Shown: one piece after another, positions 16,102 to 25,524 of the stretch
Layout of the letters: every line of letters begins with the position of its first letter
How positions within the stretch are numbered: position 1 is the first letter of the stretch
Assembly (NCBI GenBank): GCA_965242525.1
Contig: OZ251459.1
Coordinates: forward strand, 160,001-224,000
DNA: 64,000 nt
From: an uncultured Candidatus Binatia bacterium
GTDB taxonomy: Bacteria > Desulfobacterota > Binatia > UBA9968 > JAJDTQ01
Reading direction: 5' to 3'
The notes under the pieces: generated by a model
What the model was told of the DNA's origin: nothing
Databases searched by the model: none
What the model saw: the letters and a program-made list of their open reading frames with translations, nothing else
Made by a program: the position numbers and the translations under genes

Positions 16102-19100
16102 ATGACGGCAGCGAACGAAACCAACCTGACCGCGGCGGCCGAAGCGTACTTTGCCGACCTGGGGCGGGTGCGGGCCTCGGGTGGGGCCACCGGGGAGCGG
16201 TCCAGCTACGGACCGCTGGCGCAACTGCTGAACGCCGTTGGCGCGGCCCTCAAGCCCAAGGTGTTCTGCGTCCAGGAGCTTGCCGACCAGGGCGTGGGCC
16301 ATCCCGATTTTGGTCTCTTTGCCGCAAAGCAGGTCCAGAAGGGCCAACCGCGCGAAGGCCAGACGCCGGAACGTGGAGTGGTGGAAGTGAAGGCCGCGGA
16401 CGATGACGCATGGCTTACGGCAGCAGGGGACCAGGTAAGCCGCTATTGGGGCCGTTACCGGCTGGTGCTGGTGACCAACACCCGTGACTTCGTGCTGGTG
16501 GGAGAGGACGCCACGGGCCGGCCGGCGAAGCTCGAAACCTTCCGGTTGGCGGATAGCGCGGACGACTTCCGGCGCAAACTGGAAAAGCCGCGCACTTTCG
16601 CCCGGGATGTGGGCGCGGGGTTGGGCGAGTACCTGTGCCGGGCGCTCTCGCACCGGGCCGCGCTGGCCGAACCCGGGGACTTGGCATGGCTGCTGGCCTC
16701 CTATGCACGGGACGGGCTTGCACGGGTGGAGGCCGCGGGCGACGCGCCATCGTTGGAAGCGGTGCGCAAGGCGCTGGAAGAGGCGTTGGGCGTCCGCTTC
16801 GAGGGAGAGAAGGGCGTGCGCTTTTTCCGTTCGACCCTGGTGCAGACGCTCTTCTACGGCATCTTCTCCGCCTGGGTGCTGTGGGCGCGGGCCAGTGGTG
16901 TGGGAGGCGATGTCGGTGACAGCGGGCCATCGTTCTCCCGCGGCGCTGCACGCTTCGACTGGCGCACCGCGGTATGGCACCTGCGCGCGCCGGTGCTGGC
17001 GGCGTTGTTCCAGCAATTGTCGCAACCCGGCCGCCTGCAACCGCTGGGTCTGGTGGAAGTGCTGGACTGGACCGCAGCGGCGCTGGACCGTGTGGACCAC
17101 GGGGCCTTCTTCGCCCGCTTCCACGAAGGCGAGGCCGTGCCCTATTTCTACGAACCCTTCCTCGAAGCCTTCGACCCCGAACTGCGCAAGCAACTGGGCG
17201 TCTGGTACACCCCTTCCGAAGTGGTGCGCTACATGGTGGCCCGGGTGGACCGGGCCTTGAAGGACGATCTGAACATCCCCGAGGGGTTGGCTGCGGAGAA
17301 CGTCTATGTGCTGGACCCGTGCTGCGGCACCGGGGCCTACCTGGCGGAGGTCTTGCGCCGCATCGCCGCCAACCTGGAAGGCAGCGGCCTGGGAGCGTTG
17401 GCCGGGGCGCGGGTGAAGCAGGCGGCCACCGAGCGGGTGTTCGGCTTCGAGATCATGCCCGCTCCCTTCGTGGTGGCTCACCTTCAGGTGGGACTGACCA
17501 TGCAGGACCTGGACGCGCCCTTGGCGGACGACGGGGCGGAACGGCCCGGGGTCTTCCTCACCAACGCGCTGACCGGCTGGGAGCCGCACACCATCAAGCC
17601 GCTGCCCTTCCCGGAACTGGAGGAAGAACGCGACCGTGCGGAGCGGGTGAAGCAGGACAGGCCCATCTTGGTGATCCTGGGCAACCCTCCCTACAACGGC
17701 TTTGCCGGCATGGCGGTGGACGAGGAGCGGGAACTGTCGGAGTCCTACCGAAGGACCAAGCGGGTGCGGCGACCGGAGGGACAGGGGTTGAACGACCTGT
17801 ACGTGCGCTTCTTCCGCATGGCGGAACGGCGCATTGCGGAGAAGACGGGTCGGGGGGTGGTCTGCTTCATCTCCAACTACTCGTGGCTCGACGGCCTGTC
17901 GTTCACGGGGATGCGGGAACGCTACCTGGAAGCGTTCGACGCGGTGCGCATCGACTGCCTGAACGGGGACAAGTACAAGACCGGGAAGGTAGCGCCGGAC
18001 GGGAGGCCGGACCCGAGCATTTTTTCGACGGATGGGGACCCTGTGGGGATCCAGGTGGGGACGGCGATAGCGACGCTGGTGCGCAAGGCGGAGCATGCGC
18101 CGGCGGAAGCGGTAGGTTTCCGCCATCTGTGGGGTCAGGCGAAGCGGGTGGAGTTGCTGGAAACCGCGGAAGCGGATCCGGACACGGTGTATGCTGAGGT
18201 GTCCCCGCTTCTGCCCCTAGGCCTGCCGTTCGTGCAAACGGCGGTCAGCGAGGACTGGTTCGACTGGCCGGCGTTGCCCGACCTGTTTCCGGTGTCGTTT
18301 CCGGGGGTGCAGACCAGCCGCGACGGGTTTCTCGTCGATACCGACCTTGATCTGTTGAAGGCGCGGATCGGCGATTACTTCGACCCGACTATACGCCACG
18401 AGGAGGTCGCGCAGCGCTATCCATCAGCCATGAAGGATACCGTGTGGTTCGATGCGCGAGCAGTGCGAGACGTTCTGCTCTCACGGGGCGGCCCGAATGA
18501 AGACGGCTTCGTTCGTCATGCCTACCGCCCGTTCGATAACCGATGGCTGTATTGGGAGGCGGATGGAGGGTTGCTTGACCGTCCCCGCGCCGACTACCGT
18601 CCCCATGTGTTCAGGGACAACCTATGGCTATGCAATGCGCAACATGTGAGGAAGGGAGCGGATGAACCGCAAGCGTATTTTACGCGACATACCGGCGCAC
18701 GGCACTTGATAGAACGCGGCGCGAATTGGTTTCCGGCATGGTTGCGCGACGACAGCCAAGGTATGGGCCGCCATCCCAATCTGTCAGGCGATGCGCAACG
18801 CTACCTCGACCGCCTCGGTCTCGGCGTCGAGGACCTGTTCCACCACGTCCTGGCAACCCTCCACGACCCCGCCTACCGGGAGGCCAATGCCGGCGCGCTC
18901 CGCATGGAGTGGCCGCGCATCCCGCTTCCCGGCTGGCCTGCCCCCGGGACCGCAAGGGTATCGCCGGCTTCGATCCGCTCTGCCTTGCCCCCCACCCCTG
19001 CGGGCGGGACGCCCGCGCTCCCAGGGGGGTCCCTCGCTTATGAGGGCCATGAGCCAGCCGGGGAAAGCGCCTTTCCTGGGAACGCGGGCGTCCCGCCCGC

Positions 19101-19695
19101 ATCCGAACAAGGCTCCGCATCCTCGGACAGGGAGACCACCGAAGCGGCTGACGCCCTCGCCCGATCAGCCGCCCGGGGCCGCCAACTCGCAGCCCTGCTC
19201 GACCCCGATACGCCGGTCCCCGGCGTCACCACGGGCGCGCTGCGCCCGGAGATAGCCGCCATCGCCGTGCCCGCCACCACCGACGGACGCAACATGACCG
19301 GCCAGGATTTCGCCCTCACCGCAGGCTGGGGCCACGTCGGAGCGGGCGGCGCGGTCATGCCCGGCCAGGGCCGCATCGTCGAGCGCGCCTTTACACCGGA
19401 CGAACGCGCTGCCTTGAGCAGCGCCCTCCCGGCCCTCGGCGAGACTACCTTCGACGTGTACCTGAACGACCGCGCTTTCTGGCGCAACGTTCCCGCCGCG
19501 GTCTGGAGCTACAAGCTCGGCGGCTACCAAGTCCTCAAGAAATGGCTCTCTTACCGCGAACGCGGCATCATCGACCGTCCGCTGCGCCCGGAGGAAGTCG
19601 GGCGCTTCACCGATGCCGCAAGGCGAATCGCCGCGATTCTGCTGCAAAGTGGATTCCCGCCCCCGCTTCCGCGAGGGCATGCTTTGCGGGAATGA
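16102..19695 (+). CDS. Single-chain restriction-modification enzyme (nuclease + N6-adenine MTase + type ISP/LlaBIII-like C-terminal specificity domain; no helicase)
   Basis: HPDFG...VVEVK nuclease motif, FYEPFL...GVWYTP, LDPCCGTGAYL, GNPPY, YRPFD, WPRIP, WSYKLGGYQVLKKWLSYR. Confidence 0.9.
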   Translation: MTAANETNLTAAAEAYFADLGRVRASGGATGERSSYGPLAQLLNAVGAALKPKVFCVQELADQGVGHPDFGLFAAKQVQKGQPREGQTPERGVVEVKAADDDAWLTAAGDQVSRYWGRYRLVLVTNTRDFVLVGEDATGRPAKLETFRLADSADDFRRKLEKPRTFARDVGAGLGEYLCRALSHRAALAEPGDLAWLLASYARDGLARVEAAGDAPSLEAVRKALEEALGVRFEGEKGVRFFRSTLVQTLFYGIFSAWVLWARASGVGGDVGDSGPSFSRGAARFDWRTAVWHLRAPVLAALFQQLSQPGRLQPLGLVEVLDWTAAALDRVDHGAFFARFHEGEAVPYFYEPFLEAFDPELRKQLGVWYTPSEVVRYMVARVDRALKDDLNIPEGLAAENVYVLDPCCGTGAYLAEVLRRIAANLEGSGLGALAGARVKQAATERVFGFEIMPAPFVVAHLQVGLTMQDLDAPLADDGAERPGVFLTNALTGWEPHTIKPLPFPELEEERDRAERVKQDRPILVILGNPPYNGFAGMAVDEERELSESYRRTKRVRRPEGQGLNDLYVRFFRMAERRIAEKTGRGVVCFISNYSWLDGLSFTGMRERYLEAFDAVRIDCLNGDKYKTGKVAPDGRPDPSIFSTDGDPVGIQVGTAIATLVRKAEHAPAEAVGFRHLWGQAKRVELLETAEADPDTVYAEVSPLLPLGLPFVQTAVSEDWFDWPALPDLFPVSFPGVQTSRDGFLVDTDLDLLKARIGDYFDPTIRHEEVAQRYPSAMKDTVWFDARAVRDVLLSRGGPNEDGFVRHAYRPFDNRWLYWEADGGLLDRPRADYRPHVFRDNLWLCNAQHVRKGADEPQAYFTRHTGARHLIERGANWFPAWLRDDSQGMGRHPNLSGDAQRYLDRLGLGVEDLFHHVLATLHDPAYREANAGALRMEWPRIPLPGWPAPGTARVSPASIRSALPPTPAGGTPALPGGSLAYEGHEPAGESAFPGNAGVPPASEQGSASSDRETTEAADALARSAARGRQLAALLDPDTPVPGVTTGALRPEIAAIAVPATTDGRNMTGQDFALTAGWGHVGAGGAVMPGQGRIVERAFTPDERAALSSALPALGETTFDVYLNDRAFWRNVPAAVWSYKLGGYQVLKKWLSYRERGIIDRPLRPEEVGRFTDAARRIAAILLQSGFPPPLPRGHALRE
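18999..19101. repeat. Inverted REP pair inside the R-M coding sequence
   Basis: TGCGGGCGGGACGCCCGCGCTCCCAGG (18999-19025) and CCTGGGAACGCGGGCGTCCCGCCCGCA (19075-19101) are reverse complements at 26/27 positions. Confidence 0.85.
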
Positions 19696-19835
19696 CGGGG
19701 TGGGCTTTCTCGGGAATGACGGGATGAGAGGGAATGACGGGATGGGAACCTCTGGACAATCCTGGCTTGAGGCGCCTCTCCCTATGGAAAGCGCGTCCTT
19801 CGACTTCGCTTCGCTACGCTCAGGACGAACGGGGA
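19650..19835. repeat. REP cluster and partial MITE end downstream of the R-M gene
   Basis: TGGATTCCCGC...GCGGGAATGAC plus two more GGGAATGACGG units, GGAACCTCTGGACAAT at 19745 and the CTTCGACTTCGCTTCGCTACGCTCAGGACGAACGG REP at about 19790-19833. Confidence 0.8.
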
Positions 19836-20121
19836 TAGGATAGTCAGGATGAGGGGGAGGGTGCGAGTACGTGTCACACTCACGCCGGATACAACGTGTT
19901 CATCACTTGGAGGCTGTTGCGGTGACGTGTGAGCGCGCGCGTCACACTGCGACGCCCGCTTCGGCGCGGCGCAGCAGGTTCAACACGGCATGGGCGCCGG
20001 CCGAACAGGAGCGGGCCATGTCCAGGGGCGTAGCGCCGTCCAGCAACGGATGCGGACGCTCGAGGAAACGGGCCGATGGTGGATGGTGGCTTCCGGAAAC
20101 CGGACGGCGGCAGACGGTCCT

Positions 20122-21906
20122 TCAGGACGATGCGACCTGTTCCTCGTTCGGATGGGCTCGTTCGAAAAGGTCCTTCAACAGGTCGAGTTTCTCGCTGACT
20201 TCCCCGGGAATGGACGACGAATGAACGAAGCGCGCGAGTCGGTGCAGTTCGCCTTTTCCGAGCAGCATCGCGTGTCCGGTCTCGTTCGCGAGACGGCGAA
20301 AGAACTCCTCGGCGAAGTCGCTGAGCTTCAACCGTTCGGTTCTGGCCTGCCACAGCAGTCGGGCCGCGTCAGGTCCGGCGTTCTTCCAGGTAGCGAGGTC
20401 CTCCTCGCGACCCTTGAAGGTCCGTTCCAGGATCAGCGCGTCCAGCACCTCGTCGGCCCGGTGAACGAACGGCGACGAGTCCCCGTACTGCTCCACGACT
20501 TCGCTACGGAGCACCTCCGGCGTGACGAGATAATTCTCGACTTCGTAGCGCGTCCAGTAAACGATGCGAAGGCCGCTTTCCTCGGAGTCCATGCGCTGAC
20601 GGCCGTCGTTGTCCAGGATGGCGAGACCGTGCAGGCCTGGCGCCATGTGGCGCAAGGCGTGGAAGTGCCTCTTCGGAGGCATGCCGAATCCTCCCTCCAC
20701 ACGCTCCAGTTCGGCGTCCGGATGGTTGTCCTGCACGTAGAAGACGTTGATTCGTTGGTCCCATACGGTCAACACCGGATGGTCCAGCCGTTGCGCCAAA
20801 GCCCGTAGTACGTCGAGGTCGGTTCGTCCCTCCACGTACAGGACGTAACCGCGCTCGAAGGCCCGGACGTAATGCTCGGCGCCAAAGTGTTTGAGCGCGT
20901 TGCTGATGTCGGTCTTGGCGGCCAAGTCGTTCGCTTGTCCTCGTAACAGCAGCGTAAGGTTTCGTTCGAGTCCCTCGTCGAGGATTACCTCCGAATGGGT
21001 GACCAGTACGACCTGCGACTCGTTCTGCGCCGCGATCTCCCGCAGAAGGACGTAAACCTGTCTTTGCCGGAGGATTTCCAGGTGCGCGTCGGGCTCATCG
21101 ACGAGCAGCACGGCCCGACGATGGGAGTAGAGGTAGGCGAAGATGAGGAGCATCTGCTGGAATCCGCGGCCTGCGAGCGAGACCTCCAGCGGCTCCTTCA
21201 CGTTGGCCTGACGGTACGAGAGGGCGATGGTGCCGCGCGCGGTTTCGGTGGGTTCGCTCAGCTCCACCAAGAACAGCCACGCCATCAGTTCGGTAATCCG
21301 ATGCCAGTTCTCCGGGGCGTCCTCGAACACCAGGAGGCACAGATTGCGGAGCACCTGGGCCGTCTGCCCCTGCCCCAGCAGCACGTCGATACGACCGGGT
21401 TGCAGGATCGGCTCCTCGGTATCGAGACCCGACATCGGGTAGAGCAGCGCCACGTCCAGTCCTGCCGCGGTCTTCACGACGTCCGGCCTCTGCAGGGTCG
21501 CTTCGTCGGGAGTGCAGTAGATCAGTTCGTCTCCCTGGTTGCGGAAGCGCATGGTGACCGGCTCCACCCTGTTCTCGTGCAGGACGCCCATCGTGATCGA
21601 GAGTGGAACGTCCCGGTTGCCGCGCCGTACCATGGCGTTGTGCCAGAAGTAGCGGGTACGCCGGACCGGCGCCGAGACGATGTTCAGTCGGTTGAGCGAA
21701 GTCGCCGTGCGCTCCCTGGGCGTGGAACGTCCCTTTGCGTCGAACCACGTTCTGACCGCCTGGGACCAGAGCGCGATGGCCTGGATCACCGTGGTCTTGC
21801 CACAGTTGTTGGGACCGATGAGTACGGCCGGATGGTCCAGTTCGATCCGCTGACGTTCGCCGAAGCGCTTGAAGTTCTGGATCTCGACGTAGTGAAGCCG
21901 TCTCAT
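20122..21906 (-). CDS. ABC-type ATPase fused to a TOPRIM-like domain (OLD-family-like ATP-dependent nuclease)
   Basis: IQNFKRF, Walker A GPNNCGKT, signature AGRGFQQ, Walker B LLVDEPDAHL, H-loop VTHS, TOPRIM VLYVEGRTD and DND. Confidence 0.85.
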   Translation of the reverse strand: MRRLHYVEIQNFKRFGERQRIELDHPAVLIGPNNCGKTTVIQAIALWSQAVRTWFDAKGRSTPRERTATSLNRLNIVSAPVRRTRYFWHNAMVRRGNRDVPLSITMGVLHENRVEPVTMRFRNQGDELIYCTPDEATLQRPDVVKTAAGLDVALLYPMSGLDTEEPILQPGRIDVLLGQGQTAQVLRNLCLLVFEDAPENWHRITELMAWLFLVELSEPTETARGTIALSYRQANVKEPLEVSLAGRGFQQMLLIFAYLYSHRRAVLLVDEPDAHLEILRQRQVYVLLREIAAQNESQVVLVTHSEVILDEGLERNLTLLLRGQANDLAAKTDISNALKHFGAEHYVRAFERGYVLYVEGRTDLDVLRALAQRLDHPVLTVWDQRINVFYVQDNHPDAELERVEGGFGMPPKRHFHALRHMAPGLHGLAILDNDGRQRMDSEESGLRIVYWTRYEVENYLVTPEVLRSEVVEQYGDSSPFVHRADEVLDALILERTFKGREEDLATWKNAGPDAARLLWQARTERLKLSDFAEEFFRRLANETGHAMLLGKGELHRLARFVHSSSIPGEVSEKLDLLKDLFERAHPNEEQVASS

Positions 21907-22037
21907 GCGGTCTCCCTCCAGCCCTTCGGGCGGGTGCACCTGCAAGCTTCTCCCGGAGACGGTTGTCATCGCCTTGCAGGAGTGGTTCCTCGTGCCGGTC
22001 CTCCGTGCGCAGGACACCCGTCCGCTCCGATGGGAAT

Positions 22038-22067
22038 TTGTGCCTTGGAAAGCGTTGGTGGTATCAT
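22038..22067 (+). promoter_or_regulatory. Putative sigma70 promoter of the D-aminoacylase/amidohydrolase pair
   Basis: TTGTGC-N18-TATCAT with an extended -10 TG. Confidence 0.35.
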
Positions 22068-22144
22068 CTTGGCCAAGGTTGGTCCACCATCGGCGATCCG
22101 TATGACGGCGTGCGCGAATCCGCAGTTTCGGGAAGGACTGGAAG

Positions 22145-23737
22145 ATGGCGACTTACGATACCGTGGTTCACGGCGGGGCGATCATCGACGGGGCCGGCAA
22201 CCCGTGGTTCTACGGCGACTTGGCCATCGCGGACGGGAAGATTGCGGCCGTGGGCAGGCTCGACCCCGGGTCCGGCCGGCGCGCCATCGACGCCCGGGGC
22301 AAGGTGGTCGCTCCGGGTTTCATCGACATGCACACCCACAGCGACCAGCCGCTGGTGGCGGACGGCAACGCCGAAAGCAAGGTCCGGCAGGGGGTGACGC
22401 TGGACATCATCGGCGAGAGCCAGACCGTGGCGCCGCTGGTGGGGCCGGTCTTCGAGGAGTACGCGGCCGAACACCGTTACCGGAGCGGCATCGAGACCGA
22501 CTGGTCCACCTTCCGCGAGTACTTCCACCGGCTGATGGCCGGCGGGATCTCCATGAACGTGGCCTCCGGCGTCTCCCCGCAGCAGGTCAAGCGGGTGGTG
22601 GTGGGGTTCCAGGAACGCCCCGCCAGCGCGGAGGAGCAGGAACGGATGAACGCCTACGTGGCCGCGGCCATGGAGCAGGGCGCCCTGGGGCTCACGGCCG
22701 CGTGGCACGCCAAGGGTCCCGAGTACCCGGACGAGGTGGTCTCCATGGCCCGGGTCGCGCGGCAATACGGCGGCTATTACGGCGTGCACCTGGGCAGCGA
22801 GGGCTTCGACATCATGGAGGAGCTGGAGAAGGCGCTCAAGGTGGGACGGGAAGCGGACATCCCCCTGCACGTCTATCACCTGAAGATGCGCTCCAAGGAG
22901 AACTGGGGGCGCGTCATGCAGGTGGTGGAGCAGATCGAGGAGGCCCGGCGCGAGGGGCTGGACGTGACCGCCAACCAGTACCCCTACACCGCCATGCAAC
23001 ACCCGTGGCGGCGGCTGTTCCCTCGCTGGGTGCAGGACGCCCCGGTGCAGGAGACCATCGGCCAGTTCATGAGTCCGAGCTTCCGCCAGCGGGTCATGGA
23101 CGACCCCGAGTTCCACCAGTACGTCAGCGAGCACGGCGGTTGGGAAGGCGTGGTGGCGGCGCGCCTGGACAAGCCCCAGCACAAGGGGCTGGAGGGAAAG
23201 ACCATCGCCCGGATCGCGGAGATACGCGGCCAGGACCCCGCCAGCGCCTGCTTCGACCTGATCTACGGCGAGGGCGTCTTCATCCATGGCATCCACCACA
23301 CCATGCGCGAGCAGGACGTGCAGGACGTGATGCGGGTTCCCTGGATCTCGGTGGCCTCGGACGGCAGCGCCCTGAACTTCCGGTCCCCCGGCGTGCCCCA
23401 CCCGCGCAGCTTCGGCACCAACCCCCGGGTGCTGGGCCGGTACGTGCGCGACGAGAAGGTGCTGACCCTGCCGGACGCCGTGCGCAAGATGACCTCGCTG
23501 CCGGCCCAGGTGCTGGGCCTCAAGGACCGGGGGCTGCTCCGGGAAGGGTACTGGGCCGACGTGGTGGTGTTCGACCCCGACACGGTGGCGGACCGGGCCA
23601 CGTTCGACAACCCGAAACAGTATCCCGGGGGCATCGAGTACGTGCTGGTCAACGGCGGCGTGGTGGTCGAGAACGGCGACCATACCGGGGCCCGGCCCGG
23701 GCGCGTCGTCCACGGTCCCGGGAAGAAGGAGGCATGA
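22145..23737 (+). CDS. N-acyl-D-amino-acid deacylase family amidohydrolase
   Basis: APGFIDMHTHSD, ANQYPYTA, ASDG, PHPRSFGT, KMTSLPA, GYWADVVVFDP. Confidence 0.9.
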   Translation: MATYDTVVHGGAIIDGAGNPWFYGDLAIADGKIAAVGRLDPGSGRRAIDARGKVVAPGFIDMHTHSDQPLVADGNAESKVRQGVTLDIIGESQTVAPLVGPVFEEYAAEHRYRSGIETDWSTFREYFHRLMAGGISMNVASGVSPQQVKRVVVGFQERPASAEEQERMNAYVAAAMEQGALGLTAAWHAKGPEYPDEVVSMARVARQYGGYYGVHLGSEGFDIMEELEKALKVGREADIPLHVYHLKMRSKENWGRVMQVVEQIEEARREGLDVTANQYPYTAMQHPWRRLFPRWVQDAPVQETIGQFMSPSFRQRVMDDPEFHQYVSEHGGWEGVVAARLDKPQHKGLEGKTIARIAEIRGQDPASACFDLIYGEGVFIHGIHHTMREQDVQDVMRVPWISVASDGSALNFRSPGVPHPRSFGTNPRVLGRYVRDEKVLTLPDAVRKMTSLPAQVLGLKDRGLLREGYWADVVVFDPDTVADRATFDNPKQYPGGIEYVLVNGGVVVENGDHTGARPGRVVHGPGKKEA

Positions 23738-25410
23738 GCATGGCGCTGCCCGATTGTCTTTTCGCCGACACGATCCTGGTCAACGGCAACGTGGTCACGG
23801 TGGACGACGCCCGCCCCGCCGCGGAAGCCGTGGCCGTCAAGGGCGACCGCATCCTGTACGTGGGCGGCAACGACGAGGCGCGCCAGTGCGCCGGCCGGGC
23901 CACCCGGGTCATCGACGTGCGGGGCAAGACCGTGCTGCCGGGCTTCATCGAGCCCCACACCCATTTCATGTCCTTCGGCACCCGGCTGGCGATGGTGAAC
24001 GTCCGCACCCCGCCCAACCGCTCCATGGAGGACGTGCTGGCGCGCATCCGCGAGCGGGCGGCGGTGACCCCCAGGGGCCAATGGATCCAGGCCCAGGGCT
24101 ACGAGCACACCGCCATCGCGGAGAAGCGTTGGCCCACCCGGGCCGAGCTCGACGCCGCGGCCCCCGACCACCCGCTGCTCATCACCTACCGCTCGTCCCA
24201 CGTGTGGATGGCCAACAGCGCGGCGTTGCGGCTCGCGGGCATCGACGACCATACGCCCCAGCCCGAAGGCGGCCACATGGACCGGGACCCGCGCACCGGC
24301 AAGCTCACCGGGGTCTTGCGGGAGAAGGCGGCCAGCCGGCCGGTGACGAGCCTGGTGCCGCACCCCACGCTGGAGGAACTCAAGGACGGCGTGGAGCTGG
24401 CGGGCCGGGAGTACAACTCGGTGGGCATCACGTCCACCCACGACGCCGGCACCGGCGACACGCCGGACTACTACCGCGCCTACCAGGAGGCCATCGACGA
24501 GGGCCGGCTCAAGGTCCGGGTCTATCTCATGATCCACGACCTGCCCTACAAGCGCTTCTACCTGGAGCGGGACTTAGGTCTTCGCACCGGCTTCGGCAGC
24601 GACTGGCTGCGGCTGGGCGCGGTCAAGACCTGCAGCGACGGCTCCATCCAGGTGCATACCTGCGCCTTCTACGACCCCTACGTCACCAGCGACACCGACG
24701 ACCCCACCAAGGACCCTTGCGGCGTGCTCCAGTACTCGCCGGAGGACCAGAAGAAGATCGTGCTGGAGGCCCACGCAAAGGGCTACCAGGTGGCGGTCCA
24801 CGCCCAGGGGGACCGGGGCATCGACGTGACCCTGGACGCCATCGAGAACGCCATGACCCTGGCGCCCCGGCCGAACCCGCGCCACCGCATCGAGCACTGC
24901 CAAGGGGTGACCCGGGCCGCGCTGGAGCGCATGAAACGGCTGGGGGTCATCGCCTCCTTCTACCCGCACCACCTCTGGTACTGGGGCGACCGCCACATCC
25001 ACGACTTCCTGGGCATGGAGCGCGCGCAACGGCTGGACCCCATGCGCACCGCCATGGACTTGGGCGTGGTCACCGTGGCCCACTCGGACACGCCCATCGC
25101 CCTGCCCAAGGACCCGCTCTTCGCCACCGATCCGCTCTTCGGCATCTGGTGCGCGGTCAACCGCACCACCCGGGCCGGCGTGGTGCTGGGTCCCGACGAG
25201 CGCATCACGCCCATGGAGGGCATCCGCGCCTACACCATCAACGCCGCTTATGCGGCTTTCGAGGAAGGAATCAAGGGCTCCATCGAGGTGGGCAAGCTGG
25301 CGGACCTGGTGGTGCTGGGGGAAAACCCCCTCACGGTGGACCCGTGGGAGATACGCCACATCCCGGTGGAGCAGACCATGGTGGGGGGCGAGGTCGTCTA
25401 TCAGGCCTGA
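23734..25410 (+). CDS. Amidohydrolase 3 (YtcJ-like) metal-dependent hydrolase
   Basis: LPGFIEPHTH, KTCSDGS, HAQGD, RHRIEH, HSD, GSIEVGKLADLVVL; ATGA overlap with the upstream gene. Confidence 0.9.
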   Translation: MSMALPDCLFADTILVNGNVVTVDDARPAAEAVAVKGDRILYVGGNDEARQCAGRATRVIDVRGKTVLPGFIEPHTHFMSFGTRLAMVNVRTPPNRSMEDVLARIRERAAVTPRGQWIQAQGYEHTAIAEKRWPTRAELDAAAPDHPLLITYRSSHVWMANSAALRLAGIDDHTPQPEGGHMDRDPRTGKLTGVLREKAASRPVTSLVPHPTLEELKDGVELAGREYNSVGITSTHDAGTGDTPDYYRAYQEAIDEGRLKVRVYLMIHDLPYKRFYLERDLGLRTGFGSDWLRLGAVKTCSDGSIQVHTCAFYDPYVTSDTDDPTKDPCGVLQYSPEDQKKIVLEAHAKGYQVAVHAQGDRGIDVTLDAIENAMTLAPRPNPRHRIEHCQGVTRAALERMKRLGVIASFYPHHLWYWGDRHIHDFLGMERAQRLDPMRTAMDLGVVTVAHSDTPIALPKDPLFATDPLFGIWCAVNRTTRAGVVLGPDERITPMEGIRAYTINAAYAAFEEGIKGSIEVGKLADLVVLGENPLTVDPWEIRHIPVEQTMVGGEVVYQA

Positions 25411-25524
25411 GCGCCGCAGCGGGCGGGTGGGGGGTGCAGCCGCGCCGCGGGATGCGGCGCGGCTGCCGGAGAAGTCCATGATCGTTCCCTCGGCGTTGCC
25501 CGCAAGGGGGCGCCGCCTACGGGA

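Noticed and set aside
19871-20120. Small ORFs and a GTGACG...CGTCAC hairpin between the convergent defence genes
   Set aside because: No recognisable motifs or RNA-family features; at most a terminator-like hairpin.
20122-21906. Gabija or PARIS system
   Set aside because: No GajB-like helicase or separate AriB-like gene is adjacent; only a single ATPase-TOPRIM gene is supported.
20995-23733. N-terminal extension of the 1471-aa ORF
   Set aside because: It overlaps the ATPase and D-aminoacylase genes in other frames; the amidohydrolase starts at 23734. The extensions of the 10814, 11275 and 35933 ORFs were rejected for the same reason.
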